Origin: Candidatus Anoxychlamydiales bacterium
GTDB taxonomy: Bacteria; Chlamydiota; Chlamydiia; Chlamydiales; SM23-39
NCBI GenBank assembly: GCA_011065125.1
Contig: JAAKFI010000001.1
Location: 25,964-89,963 of the forward strand
Direction: 5' to 3'
Length of the DNA: 64,000 nt
Shown here one piece after another: positions 44,410 through 55,011 of the stretch (positions are counted from its first letter, which is position 1; every line of letters starts with the position of its first letter). The notes beneath the pieces are model-generated. The model saw only the letters and a list, made by a program, of their open reading frames with translations, made no database searches and was not told the origin of the DNA. A program made the translations under genes and the position numbers.

Positions 44410-46521
44410 ATGGAAAGTTATTTAATCTCTTCTCACTTTGATTTAATTACTCCTGATGGATATATAGAAAGCATTGAAAAAATTGATGGAAATACAATTG
44501 ATGCTAGTATTTTAATAAAAGATATATCTGATGCTTTTATTGGATTTAGATGTAATGAAAAAAATTTAATATTTAATATTAAAAGCACTCTAGCTCAAAT
44601 TGGACTTGATGCTAAAGAGCTAGGCTTTGATATTAATAAAAAAAAGAAAACTCTTACTTGTCATATTCAATTTTTAGCTCATAGCAATATAGCAAAAGAT
44701 TTTTTGAAACTATTATCTACAGATATGTATGTTGGCAAAGTCTTTGCTCAAGAAGAGAGTAGAAAAGTAAGGGATCCTGAATATTTAATTAGAATGTTTG
44801 GAAGATGTGATAGATTTTCAAGACCACTGTTATCTTTCGGTTCAAAAAAAAGAGAAGATTTAATTTTAGATAAAAAAAAGGGATATACTATCGCTCTTTT
44901 ACCTTTAAAAACTGGAGTTGTTGAATACGACAAAGAGATCACATCTTTTCTACCTGCACTTTCTAAAATATTAAAACATAAAAAATTTCCAACAAGAGAT
45001 CTTTTAAAAATCTATCAGACCTTTGATGAACAATGTAAAAAAATTGTGAAATCAAATGAGATTTTGCTTGTTAAATCAGAGCCTTTGTATATTAGAACAG
45101 CTTTTGCAAAAGTAAAAGAAGAGTATTTACCAAAAGGTTTTCATCATACTTCTGCTTGTATACTAGAACCAAATACTTTTGAATCTGGAGATGTTTATGA
45201 ATTTTATGGATGTAGCGATGAGGAAATAAAAGCTGTTCCTCTTGAGTTTTATACACTAGAGCCTCATAGAGAGTTTGTTTTTTTTGAAGATAGAGATCAA
45301 CTACAAATATATCTAGATGATCCTAAAATGTTATTTAAAGCATTTGATACAGGACCTATGCCACAAGAATATTTATCTTCTGTTTATGTTGTAAAGGGAA
45401 CTCAACTAGAAAGTTTAGAAGCAAAAGATTGGATTAAAAGAGACCCTAAAAAAAATGATTTTCCAGGTCTTGAACAACCTAAAAGACAATTTCTTTTAGT
45501 AGAAAATTATATAAAAGAACAACCATCATATCCTTTTTTAAAAGCAATAGAAGATGGGCTTATTACATCACAAGGCGTTTTACTTACTAGACATTTCCCC
45601 TCTCCTCTTATGAAAAAAATGCTTTTATCGGATAATGTTCAAAGAACCTTAAAAGCCATCTATTTTAAATACCCATCTAGATCTATGGATGATTTTTTCT
45701 CTCATGAAGATAGAGCTTTTTTACTAGATCTAGCTAAATTTGCAATTCCTGTATTTTGGGTAGATCAGACAAGTAAAAAAATACTTCAATATGTTGTAAA
45801 GCCTCATAAAGATTCTGGAATGTTTGTTCCTTTAAATTTAACTGAAAATTTTAGAAAAGCTACTTTTTTTGGAGTTTATGGATCTAATTTAATAGAAGGA
45901 CATTTTGATATAGAACTAGAAAAGTTACTTCTTGGAATAAAAGAGTTAAAAGAAAAAGTAGATCATCCTCTTCTTTGCTCTAACACATCTCTTGCATTAG
46001 TTACAGGAGGAGGCCCTGGAGCTATGAATGTAGGAAATAAAGTAGCTAAAAAACTAGATATATTATCATGCGCAAACATTGTAGATTTCAGAGTTAAAGA
46101 TGCACCTGTAAATGAACAGTTAATCAACCCATACATCGATGCTAAAATGACTTATAGATTAGATAGATTGGTTGAAAGACAAGCAGAATTTCATTTAGAT
46201 TTTCCAATTATTTTAATGGGCGGAATAGGCTCTGATTTTGAGTATTCTTTAGAAGAAGTTAAAAGAAAAACTGGAGCTGCTCTTGCTAATCCTATATTAC
46301 TTTTCGGACCAAAAGAATATTGGAAAGAAAAAGTTACATCTAGATTTCAAATAAATCTAAAAACTAAAACAATTAAAGGATCCGAATGGATCTCTAATTG
46401 TTTTTATTGTATTCAAACAGCATCTCAAGGATTGCAAATTTATAAAGATTTTTTTGAAAACAAACTCAAAATAGGAAAAAATGGTCCTGTGTATGAAGAT
46501 GGTTTTTGCTCTGATTATTAA
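44410..46521 (+). CDS. Conserved chlamydial protein (CT387-like) with C-terminal LOG/SLOG-like domain
   Basis: GVYGS, LVTGGGPGAM, LVERQ, MGGIGSDFE; divergent from MYG1 as recalled for Chlamydia. Confidence 0.8.
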   Translation: MESYLISSHFDLITPDGYIESIEKIDGNTIDASILIKDISDAFIGFRCNEKNLIFNIKSTLAQIGLDAKELGFDINKKKKTLTCHIQFLAHSNIAKDFLKLLSTDMYVGKVFAQEESRKVRDPEYLIRMFGRCDRFSRPLLSFGSKKREDLILDKKKGYTIALLPLKTGVVEYDKEITSFLPALSKILKHKKFPTRDLLKIYQTFDEQCKKIVKSNEILLVKSEPLYIRTAFAKVKEEYLPKGFHHTSACILEPNTFESGDVYEFYGCSDEEIKAVPLEFYTLEPHREFVFFEDRDQLQIYLDDPKMLFKAFDTGPMPQEYLSSVYVVKGTQLESLEAKDWIKRDPKKNDFPGLEQPKRQFLLVENYIKEQPSYPFLKAIEDGLITSQGVLLTRHFPSPLMKKMLLSDNVQRTLKAIYFKYPSRSMDDFFSHEDRAFLLDLAKFAIPVFWVDQTSKKILQYVVKPHKDSGMFVPLNLTENFRKATFFGVYGSNLIEGHFDIELEKLLLGIKELKEKVDHPLLCSNTSLALVTGGGPGAMNVGNKVAKKLDILSCANIVDFRVKDAPVNEQLINPYIDAKMTYRLDRLVERQAEFHLDFPIILMGGIGSDFEYSLEEVKRKTGAALANPILLFGPKEYWKEKVTSRFQINLKTKTIKGSEWISNCFYCIQTASQGLQIYKDFFENKLKIGKNGPVYEDGFCSDY

Positions 46522-47732
46522 AAACCATATGCAAAACTAAATCCATAATAAGTAGTTCTTTTATTCATAAATTGTCCATCTGGAGAATATCCATGATGAT
46601 AAAAACCATAGAGTCTAATTTTTTTACCAACACCTTGAAGTTTTGACCATTCATAACCTAGCATATATGTGCCATCGATATTCATATCATTTAATTGCCA
46701 ATTCCTAAAATATACAGCCGTAAAAAAAGTACCGAAAAGTCTATGATAATATATTCTTGTGCCCCAAAAAGAAGCATCAGCTCCATATTCAACATAGTAA
46801 TGTTTCATTGGGAAAGTATGATCACTATGTAAAATAACTCCAGGTCCAAAATAAAATCTTAAATAGTTATTAACTTGATAAGATGTAAAAATATCAAAAG
46901 CTTCAAAAGATGGATTTACTCTAGCATATTGTGGATGATTTACTAAAAATTCATCTCCTAAATGAGATGATATATGATAAATTCTAAATCTAAAAGACCA
47001 TTGATTTTTAGCATAAGATACAGGAATAGCAAGAGTATAATCTGTATTAAACATAGCAGTTCCTTTACCTAAATTTATTGCAGGTTTCATATCAAAGACA
47101 GACCAAATCCCAGCTTCTATTCCTATTTGTAAATCCCCTCCATTTATATCCAACCATCTAAAAACAGGGAAGTCATCCCCCATAGAAAAAGCAATTGACG
47201 TCCTTCCTGCAACTTTATCTCCTCCTCTATATCCAAATGAATATATAACTTGTCTTGGATTAGCTATCATCGGTTGATACAGCTCTGTTGCTTGAGGAAA
47301 CCAAATTCCTTTTACTTTTGGTCTATTAACATATTTTTCTCTGATTTCCACTTCTTCCGGAGGAACTCCATTTACAGCGACTACTTTTTTAACACCTGGA
47401 ACATCTTTTAAAAAAGTTATTATAGAATTTGCATAAACTGAATTTTTAGGCATATTAGCAAGCCATACATTTCCATCCTTTACCATTACAACTACTTTAT
47501 ATTCATAATAATGCATATCTATTAAAGCCTGTAAATATCCTTCGAAATATTCATCATCATTTTTTTGAGTAGATTCTTTTGGGATATTATTACTTCTAGA
47601 TAAAACAGTTGCAACTTCTTCACCATCTGCAATTAAGTTGCAAAAAATAAATAAAAATAATATACATAAAACTTTCATAATTAAGATGCTCCTTAATTTA
47701 TTTCTATAAGCTTTTAAAATATTAAGAGTCAA
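46518..47732 (-). CDS. DUF1207 family protein (CT389-like), probable outer-membrane beta-barrel
   Basis: EGYLQALIDMHY, RIYHISSHLGDEF, aromatic beta strands, terminal YGF; probable start 47678. Confidence 0.85.
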   Translation of the reverse strand: MTLNILKAYRNKLRSILIMKVLCILFLFIFCNLIADGEEVATVLSRSNNIPKESTQKNDDEYFEGYLQALIDMHYYEYKVVVMVKDGNVWLANMPKNSVYANSIITFLKDVPGVKKVVAVNGVPPEEVEIREKYVNRPKVKGIWFPQATELYQPMIANPRQVIYSFGYRGGDKVAGRTSIAFSMGDDFPVFRWLDINGGDLQIGIEAGIWSVFDMKPAINLGKGTAMFNTDYTLAIPVSYAKNQWSFRFRIYHISSHLGDEFLVNHPQYARVNPSFEAFDIFTSYQVNNYLRFYFGPGVILHSDHTFPMKHYYVEYGADASFWGTRIYYHRLFGTFFTAVYFRNWQLNDMNIDGTYMLGYEWSKLQGVGKKIRLYGFYHHGYSPDGQFMNKRTTYYGFSFAYGF

Positions 47733-47738
47733 TTTTTT

Positions 47739-48980
47739 TTAATTATTTTTTGAAAATAATAATATTTTTTTCTTATGCATAATAAATGCGCTATACAAAC
47801 AAAACATAGAGCCAATTAATAAAATATTATTTAGACTAAAAGAAAGTATTAATAAAGAACCTAAAAGAGGTGCAACAGCCCCTCTAATAGCTACCATAAA
47901 AACATTGATAGAGGTGTATTTTGAACTATCTTCACCTTTTGAAAAAACTGGGCCTGACATATTCCAAATCAAATGAGAGCCTGCTTGAGTAATCCCATAT
48001 ATAATATATGCAATATAAAACCATAAAATATTAAAAGTTGAAAAACTTAAAAAAATCATAAAAACAAAAGTATTTAAAAACATATAAGAAGATAATTTTA
48101 AAATACTTAATTTAGAAAATATTCTACCCCAAATTGGAGAAGATATTACATAACCAAGTCCTCTACATACTAAAATAGCAATAGCAAACTCTTGGTGGCT
48201 CATATTTAATTTATCAACCGCTAGAATTGGAATAATTGGTTGAACTAACATTAATCCAAATCCAGATATCATAAATCCAATTTGAAAAAGATTAAAATTT
48301 TTATCTTTTTTCAAAATATCTATTCCATCTTTAATTGGGTCTAATATTTTTAAATTAGTATCTGTATCTATTTTTTTTTCATCTTTTACTTTTCTAAGTG
48401 GAATTTTAAAAAGTAAAAAAATATTAGCCAAAGAAATCAAAGCTGCAAAAAAATATAGTCCCTTATATGAAACGCTTTTATTTTTTAGTAAATACCCAAG
48501 TATAAAAGCTAAAATAATTCCTTCGATATATCCGATAGAAGAGCTAAAAGAAAAAAGTTTTTCTCTATTTTTATTTGGGATATTCAATTTAATCATCTCT
48601 ATCCATGATGGAGATGCTGCTCTATAAAACATTATATAAATAGAAGATGCTAGTATTAAAAAAATAGCACTATTATTAAATGGCATTATAAAAAATAATA
48701 AAATAGCTAAAATATTTGCTATTATAAAATTTGATTTCACATCTTTTAATTTCGCAGATCCAAAATAGCTATAGTAATAAGAAAAAATAGAAACCATAGG
48801 ACGAAGCATTGTTAAAAGTGCTATTAAAAAAGCGCTAGCATGAAGATCTTTTCTAAGTATAAAAGCAGTTAAATTATACATAGAAAAAAGTGGTTCTTTT
48901 AAAATAGTCGATAAAATTAAGATAAATCTTGTTTTTCTATCACATTCATCTTTTGGCTGGGAAATATCAAAAATGCTCAT
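47739..48980 (-). CDS. MFS transporter
   Basis: About 12 hydrophobic segments, two-halves MFS organisation. Confidence 0.85.
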   Translation of the reverse strand: MSIFDISQPKDECDRKTRFILILSTILKEPLFSMYNLTAFILRKDLHASAFLIALLTMLRPMVSIFSYYYSYFGSAKLKDVKSNFIIANILAILLFFIMPFNNSAIFLILASSIYIMFYRAASPSWIEMIKLNIPNKNREKLFSFSSSIGYIEGIILAFILGYLLKNKSVSYKGLYFFAALISLANIFLLFKIPLRKVKDEKKIDTDTNLKILDPIKDGIDILKKDKNFNLFQIGFMISGFGLMLVQPIIPILAVDKLNMSHQEFAIAILVCRGLGYVISSPIWGRIFSKLSILKLSSYMFLNTFVFMIFLSFSTFNILWFYIAYIIYGITQAGSHLIWNMSGPVFSKGEDSSKYTSINVFMVAIRGAVAPLLGSLLILSFSLNNILLIGSMFCLYSAFIMHKKKILLFSKNN

Positions 48981-49113
48981 AAAAGATTTTTTTTATCATA
49001 ATTATAAAATATTCCCCGAATTTTTAATAGAAATCTATTTTTTTATAAAAAAAAACTTTTAATTAATTGTTAAAAAATTTTTAATCTAAGAAAAAAAAAT
49101 TTAAGGAGAGAAA

Positions 49114-49461
49114 ATGAATAGTTTACCTTCAAGCTTTGGTTCTGATCCAAATATGGATCCAAGAAAATATTTTAGAAATCTTTTAATTTCTTTCAAAAAA
49201 GAAATTAACAATTCAAATAATTTAGATACTTTGCAAGATCAGATGCAATCAATTTTAAATGCTGCTAAAGATCTAAATTACAAAGAGCATAATAATGCTA
49301 GATATCACAAAGAAGAAGCTGAAAAAGCATTAAAAAAAGTTTTTAATGAATTTGATAGATATTTTACATCTCTATCGAAAAAAGAAAAAACAAATTCACA
49401 AGATTTGTTAAATTCTATAAAAATGGTAGAGGTATTACTAGAAGAAGGAGATATATCTTAA
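49114..49461 (+). CDS. Hypothetical helical protein
   Basis: 115 aa, strong RBS AAGGAG. Confidence 0.75.
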   Translation: MNSLPSSFGSDPNMDPRKYFRNLLISFKKEINNSNNLDTLQDQMQSILNAAKDLNYKEHNNARYHKEEAEKALKKVFNEFDRYFTSLSKKEKTNSQDLLNSIKMVEVLLEEGDIS

Positions 49462-49529
49462 TTTAATTGTATTAAAAAAAATATTGCAAGCAAGTAACTT
49501 TTTAGATATTATTAATACTTTATTTCTTC

Positions 49530-49603
49530 GGGGCAGTAGCTCAGTTGGTTAGAGCATCGGACTCATAATCCGTTGGTCGCGGGTTCAAGTCCTGCCTGCC
49601 CCA
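49530..49603 (+). tRNA. tRNA with CAT anticodon, probably lysidine-type tRNA-Ile2 (elongator Met not excluded)
   Basis: GGGGCAG/CTGCCCC acceptor stem, CGGA-CT-CAT-AA-TCCG, GGTTCAAGTCC; GACTCATAATC..TTGGTCGC.GGTTCAAGTCC resembles E. coli ileX as recalled. Confidence 0.93.
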
Positions 49604-49926
49604 TTTTTTATTTATTAATATTGTATTGATAGAGCTAATGCAAACATGGCATAAAGATTTAATTATAATAATCCAACCTCTAAAAACCATATGCAAACAA
49701 ATTCATATAAAAGATTATCTCTTTTTCACATACATCCAGAACTTCAAACATGTCGATTAACCCTCTCATAAAACATCTTCTAAATCAGCTTCACTTGACC
49801 GAATCCAAAAATATTTTATATCAGATCTCTAAATGCTCTATTCGTTTCCATATGATAAAAACATTCAAGAAGGGTTTTAGGATTCGCTTACCTTGTAAAT
49901 GGGACAAAAATGAGGCATTAAGATTT

Positions 49927-52836
49927 TTAAAGACTTTGCATATCGACTAGATTTTTAAAAAAGGAATTTTTTTTATACAAAGTATCAAAATTCCCAAAAT
50001 CAACTATTTCTCCATTTATCATTAAATAAATTCTATCAGCATTTTTAATGGTATCTAATCTATGTGCTATAACAATTCTAGTTATTCTTAATTTATCAAT
50101 ATTTTCGCTTATTTCTTTTTGAAGAGAATTATCAAAAAAAGAGGTAGCTTCATCTAAAATCAAAATATTAGGCTTGGAAATTAAAGCTCTAGTTAATACA
50201 AGCTGTTGTTTTTGCCCCCCGGATAGATTTTTACCATTATCAGTTAAATAAGTTTGAAGTCCCATTGGAAAGCATTTTAAAGTTTCATCAAATTTTGTTA
50301 TTTTCATAACTCTTTCAATTTCTTGACTAGGTACTATTTTTGAAAAAATTAAATTTTCTTCAAGAGTTCCAGAAAAAACTTCACTTCCCTGAAGAACTAC
50401 ACCTAGCTGTTTTCTTACTTTTGTAATATCTAGATCATTTAAATTTTTACCATCAACAAATATTGAGCCAGAATTTGGCTTATAATAGTTAAGTAAAAGT
50501 CGAATTAATGTGGATTTGCCGCAGTTGGTCGGTCCGACTATTGCTATTAATTCACCAGGAGATGCTTTTATAGAGACATTTTTTAAAACTAAAGGAAGAT
50601 TTTCTTCATATCTAAAACTGACATTTTCAACATCCAAAAATCCTTTTATTATACCTGGGTCTAAAACTTCTTTTTTTCTCTCAAGTGGATAGGTTAATAT
50701 AATTTTAGATCTTTTCCATCTAGGAATTATCATGCCAATGTAACTTATTAGTGTTACAAATAAAGAATTCATGGCTGTTGCAAAAGCAGCAAAAGCTGCA
50801 TTGAATGCAATAAAATTACCCAGATTGAATTTATTTGTTTTTAATAGAAAAATAGCAAATGCAAATATAAAAAAGGTTCCCAGGGTTAAAAAAACAGCAT
50901 TTATTGAGCTTAAAAAAGATGCTAAATAATCAGATGAAAGGGTTTTAGATCTAATTTTAGAAAACCTACTGCCCCATTTTTCAAAAAGAATTTTTTCAGA
51001 AGAAGATAGTCTTATTTTTTCTATTCCTGATAAAATTTGAAGAATAAATCCATTTAGTTTTGATTGTTCATTTAATACATCTGTATCTATTTTGATTTTT
51101 ATTTTTAAAATAAAAATAAAAATAAATAAATAAACAGTTAAAAAAGCGAGATTAATTAAAGCAAGTTGCCAGCTATAAAAGAACATTTGAATAAAATATA
51201 GAAAGGAAAATATACCCATGAATAAAGAGCTTATAAATCCACTTGATAAGATTCTTTGAACTTCGAACATTTCAAAAAGTCTTTTTAGAAGATCTCCTTT
51301 TGTAAAATTTTTAAAAAATGAAATTGGAAGTCTTAAAAATCTATCAAACAGGCCTACTTGGAAACGAATCCTTATTTTTGATTGGATTCTTAATATTACA
51401 AATGAGCTAGTAAATGAAAAAAGAGCTGAAGATATTGCAGCTATAAAAAGACCAAAAGCAACTTGGTATAAAAGACCTTTTTCAAAATGGGGAATAATTA
51501 TATTAAATATCTTAGAATTTGCAAATGGTATATAAAATGCGAGCATTATAGAAATAAGGCTATAAAATATGAAATTGAAAACTTCTTTTGATTGGTTTTT
51601 TAAACAGAACTTTAATATTTTTTTGCCGTTTAGATTTTCATATCCAAATGTCTCATAAAATTCATAAGTTTCATTTTCAAGTAAATCTTTTGTGGTTTTA
51701 GTAATTTTTATTTTTGATTTTATATCAGGATCGATGATCTCATAATGTTTTTTATTTTTTATTATAGCTACAGGTTTTTTACCTTCTTTTAAAAAGCCTA
51801 AAAAATTAGAACTTTCTTTTTTATACCAAGTATTTTTTAATGTTACTTTTCTATAACGTACATTCGAATTTTCACATATTTCATAAATGATATTGTTTAT
51901 TTCTTTTTCATAAATTTTTTTAGAAATCTCAAAATGGATTTTTAAAGAATCCCCTACTACTTTTAAAGCATTAAAAAGTTTATCTTTTGTCTCAATTGGA
52001 ATTTCAATTGGCTTTTTTTCAAAAATATTAAAAAAAGAAACAAGTGTTTTGTTAATAAGATGTTTTTCAAGATCTTTTTTTTCAAAAATTCGATTTTTTT
52101 CATTTTTATTTTTTATTAACATTTGCTTGAAAAGATAATCTAAAATGATTTTATGAAAAAAATTGAGAATATTTTCAAAATTTTTATTTTTTATTACATT
52201 TTTTGTATCTAAAACATCTACTAAAATTTCATCTTTAAAAGAAAAAAAAGTTTTATAAGACATTGGAAAGATTTGATTTTCTTTAACAATCATTTTTTTT
52301 TCATTTAAAAAATTCATTGAACCTTTTTTTATTTCTATCCAGCGAATTTGGGTTTTATCTTTTAAGAAAAAATCTATCATTATATCTTTTTGATCTTTAG
52401 AGTAGAGTTTTGTTGGTTTATCAAAAAATAAAAAAGTATCTATCTCTTCTTTGAATATTATTATGAGATTTTCATATATGTTTACGATCCAACTGTTTAT
52501 TTTATTAGAAAAAGAATTTAAAAATTCTTCAGAGTTTAAATTTTTTAATATATCTTCAATGGATATTTCAAATATTTTACTATTATCTGATACTGCAGCA
52601 AAAATTTTAAGATCACTCGTTAAATTCTCAAAACTAAAAAAAATATTATCTTTTTCAATACTTGCTAAAAATGTTTTTCTAATGAATGTTTTATCTTTTT
52701 TTTCTTCAAAAAAGATATCGACACTTCCTTCTTCAACATAATATATTTTTTTTATGCTGCTCAAATCGATTTTTAAATTTTGTTGCTCTAAAAAGACTTC
52801 TTTTCCTATTTTTTTAAAATCATTTTGAGTTAACAT
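49927..52836 (-). CDS. NHLP/NHLM bacteriocin-system ABC transporter ATP-binding/permease protein (TIGR03797-like)
   Basis: N-terminal YYVEEGSVDIF cNMP-binding-like region, degenerate C39-like region (NVRYRKVTL..WYK), TMD, GPTNCGKST, LSGGQ, LILDEATS, IAHRL. Confidence 0.9.
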   Translation of the reverse strand: MLTQNDFKKIGKEVFLEQQNLKIDLSSIKKIYYVEEGSVDIFFEEKKDKTFIRKTFLASIEKDNIFFSFENLTSDLKIFAAVSDNSKIFEISIEDILKNLNSEEFLNSFSNKINSWIVNIYENLIIIFKEEIDTFLFFDKPTKLYSKDQKDIMIDFFLKDKTQIRWIEIKKGSMNFLNEKKMIVKENQIFPMSYKTFFSFKDEILVDVLDTKNVIKNKNFENILNFFHKIILDYLFKQMLIKNKNEKNRIFEKKDLEKHLINKTLVSFFNIFEKKPIEIPIETKDKLFNALKVVGDSLKIHFEISKKIYEKEINNIIYEICENSNVRYRKVTLKNTWYKKESSNFLGFLKEGKKPVAIIKNKKHYEIIDPDIKSKIKITKTTKDLLENETYEFYETFGYENLNGKKILKFCLKNQSKEVFNFIFYSLISIMLAFYIPFANSKIFNIIIPHFEKGLLYQVAFGLFIAAISSALFSFTSSFVILRIQSKIRIRFQVGLFDRFLRLPISFFKNFTKGDLLKRLFEMFEVQRILSSGFISSLFMGIFSFLYFIQMFFYSWQLALINLAFLTVYLFIFIFILKIKIKIDTDVLNEQSKLNGFILQILSGIEKIRLSSSEKILFEKWGSRFSKIRSKTLSSDYLASFLSSINAVFLTLGTFFIFAFAIFLLKTNKFNLGNFIAFNAAFAAFATAMNSLFVTLISYIGMIIPRWKRSKIILTYPLERKKEVLDPGIIKGFLDVENVSFRYEENLPLVLKNVSIKASPGELIAIVGPTNCGKSTLIRLLLNYYKPNSGSIFVDGKNLNDLDITKVRKQLGVVLQGSEVFSGTLEENLIFSKIVPSQEIERVMKITKFDETLKCFPMGLQTYLTDNGKNLSGGQKQQLVLTRALISKPNILILDEATSFFDNSLQKEISENIDKLRITRIVIAHRLDTIKNADRIYLMINGEIVDFGNFDTLYKKNSFFKNLVDMQSL

Positions 52837-55011
52837 TTATTTTAGTCCTTGATCTTTTACAAGTTTTTGATAGAGACCTTCTTTATGTTTTAAAGTCTCA
52901 TGATTTCCTCTTTGAATCACTTTTCCTTTTTCTAAAACTATTATTTCATCTGCATCTTTAATCGTGCTGAGTCTGTGAGCTACCATAATAAGAGTGCAAC
53001 CTCTTCTTTTTATGCTTTTTAAAATGTTATTTTCTGTTTGAGAATCAACACTTGATGTAGCTTCATCTAGTAATATTATTCTAGGGTTTTTAACTAAAGC
53101 TCTAGCTATTTCAACTCTTTGTTTTTGACCTCCACTCAAATTTCTACCTTCTTCATATATAGTAGCATTATAATTTAAATTTTGAGATATGATCTCATCA
53201 TGTATAGCAGCGTCTTTGGCAGCTTTGAAAATATTATTTTCTGAAATAGTGTGATCCCAAAGTGTAATGTTATCATTGTATGTTCCTTCAAATAAAAAGG
53301 AATTTTGATCAACAGAAGAAAGTGATCTTAAAAAAAGATCGCTATTAATATTACAGAATGGGATGTTGTCATATAGAATTTCTCCACTCCAAGGAGCATA
53401 AATTCCTTTTAATAAATTTAAAATTGTCGTTTTGCCAGATCCAATTAAACCTACAAAAGCAATTGATTGACCAGGAGTTAAACTGAAACTTAAATTTTCA
53501 ATATAAGGCTCTTTATTTTTATCGAATCCAAAAGATAGATTTTTTACTTCAATAAATCCTTCCAGATATGATTTATTTTTAGTCGTATCAGTATTTTTAA
53601 ATTCAAAAACTTGATCTTTTTTTTGATTTAGAACATCATCGATTCTATTTATATCAGATTTGCTTTCTTGCAGCATTTGACCTAAATTTATAAATCTTAT
53701 GAAGGGAATTAAAAAATTTAAAAGTAACATCTGAATTGCTAACATCATACCGATAGAAATTGTTCCATCCAATACCTTTAAAGTACCAATAAGTAAAAAA
53801 AATGAAATTGTTATTATTTGAAATATTTGTGGAAAAGAAGTTAAAAAAATGTCTTTTAAATTTATACTTTGTACACCAATAAGAGTTTTAGTAAAATATC
53901 CAGACCATCTAGCAAAAAAAACGGATTCTCCACCAGAAGCTTTGAGCGTTTCAATATTTGCAATCCCTCCAACTGTAATTCCTAGAATTTTTCCAAAATC
54001 CATTTGAAATCTGGCAAAATCATCACTTCTACTTCTATTGATGTATTTTAATAAAAAGAAGTTTAAGGCTACTGAGATTAAGGCTACTATTGCTATTTCA
54101 AAACTTAGTTGAATAATTACTAATAGATAAAAAATTACAAAAAACAAATTAACTATCGAAACTGCTAGCTGGGTTGTTAACATATATGTGATAAAATCAT
54201 TTAGATAAAGCCTGTTTGCTATTTCACCAGCATATCTCATTAAATAAAATTTAATTGGAAGTCTCAAAACATGTTTAAATAATTTTCCAGACCAGGAAAT
54301 TGAAGATTTAGCATTCAATTTAGCAAAAATATATCCTTGCAAAAAGTTCATTGATATTGAAAAAATAATTGTCAAAAAAAAGATAGAAAAGAAAAAAACT
54401 CTATTATAATTTATTTGAATTATTTGATCATAAAATATTTGTATTAAAACAGGAATTATAAGTCCTGGAAACACTAATAAAAAAGTTGCTATTATTGAAT
54501 ATGTAAGTGATTTTTTTACATTTTTAAATCTATTAAAAACAGATTCAAATAAACTAAACGGCCTTCCTGTTTTTTTAAATTTATCCGTCTTTTCAAATTC
54601 AATTGTAATACCAGTATAACTTTCATCAAATTCCTCAATGGATACTTTTCTAGGTCCTGATGCTGGATCATTTATATAAAAACCATTTCTATAATAACCT
54701 TCGAGTACTACAAAGTGATTAAATTTCCAGTAAATAATGCATGGAAATTTTAAAAAATTTAGTTCATTAATTTCTCTTTTATATCCATCAGCTTTTAAGC
54801 CTAATTTTGTAGCTCCATCAATAATTTGATAAGCATTGGATCCATCTCTTGTAATAGAACATAATTCTCTTAAATTCTCTAAGGATATAAATTTTTTAAA
54901 ATAAGCTAAAATAATCCCTAAGGCTACTGCACCACATTCAACTATTTCCATTTGAATAATAGTCGGTGTTTTAACTCTTTTTCTAAAAAATAATTTATTT
55001 ATAAATTTCAT
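52837..55011 (-). CDS. NHLP/NHLM bacteriocin exporter, C39 peptidase/permease/ATPase (TIGR03796-like)
   Basis: RVKTPTIIQMEIVECGAVAL (catalytic Cys), WKFNHFVVLEG (His), INDPASG, GSGKTT, LSGGQKQRVEIARAL, LLDEATS. Confidence 0.94.
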   Translation of the reverse strand: MKFINKLFFRKRVKTPTIIQMEIVECGAVALGIILAYFKKFISLENLRELCSITRDGSNAYQIIDGATKLGLKADGYKREINELNFLKFPCIIYWKFNHFVVLEGYYRNGFYINDPASGPRKVSIEEFDESYTGITIEFEKTDKFKKTGRPFSLFESVFNRFKNVKKSLTYSIIATFLLVFPGLIIPVLIQIFYDQIIQINYNRVFFFSIFFLTIIFSISMNFLQGYIFAKLNAKSSISWSGKLFKHVLRLPIKFYLMRYAGEIANRLYLNDFITYMLTTQLAVSIVNLFFVIFYLLVIIQLSFEIAIVALISVALNFFLLKYINRSRSDDFARFQMDFGKILGITVGGIANIETLKASGGESVFFARWSGYFTKTLIGVQSINLKDIFLTSFPQIFQIITISFFLLIGTLKVLDGTISIGMMLAIQMLLLNFLIPFIRFINLGQMLQESKSDINRIDDVLNQKKDQVFEFKNTDTTKNKSYLEGFIEVKNLSFGFDKNKEPYIENLSFSLTPGQSIAFVGLIGSGKTTILNLLKGIYAPWSGEILYDNIPFCNINSDLFLRSLSSVDQNSFLFEGTYNDNITLWDHTISENNIFKAAKDAAIHDEIISQNLNYNATIYEEGRNLSGGQKQRVEIARALVKNPRIILLDEATSSVDSQTENNILKSIKRRGCTLIMVAHRLSTIKDADEIIVLEKGKVIQRGNHETLKHKEGLYQKLVKDQGLK

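Noticed and set aside
49610..49950. Possible integrase or gene next to the tRNA, including ORF 49750-49950
   Set aside because: No tyrosine or serine recombinase motifs in the frames I read; multiple stops; may be unrecognisable debris
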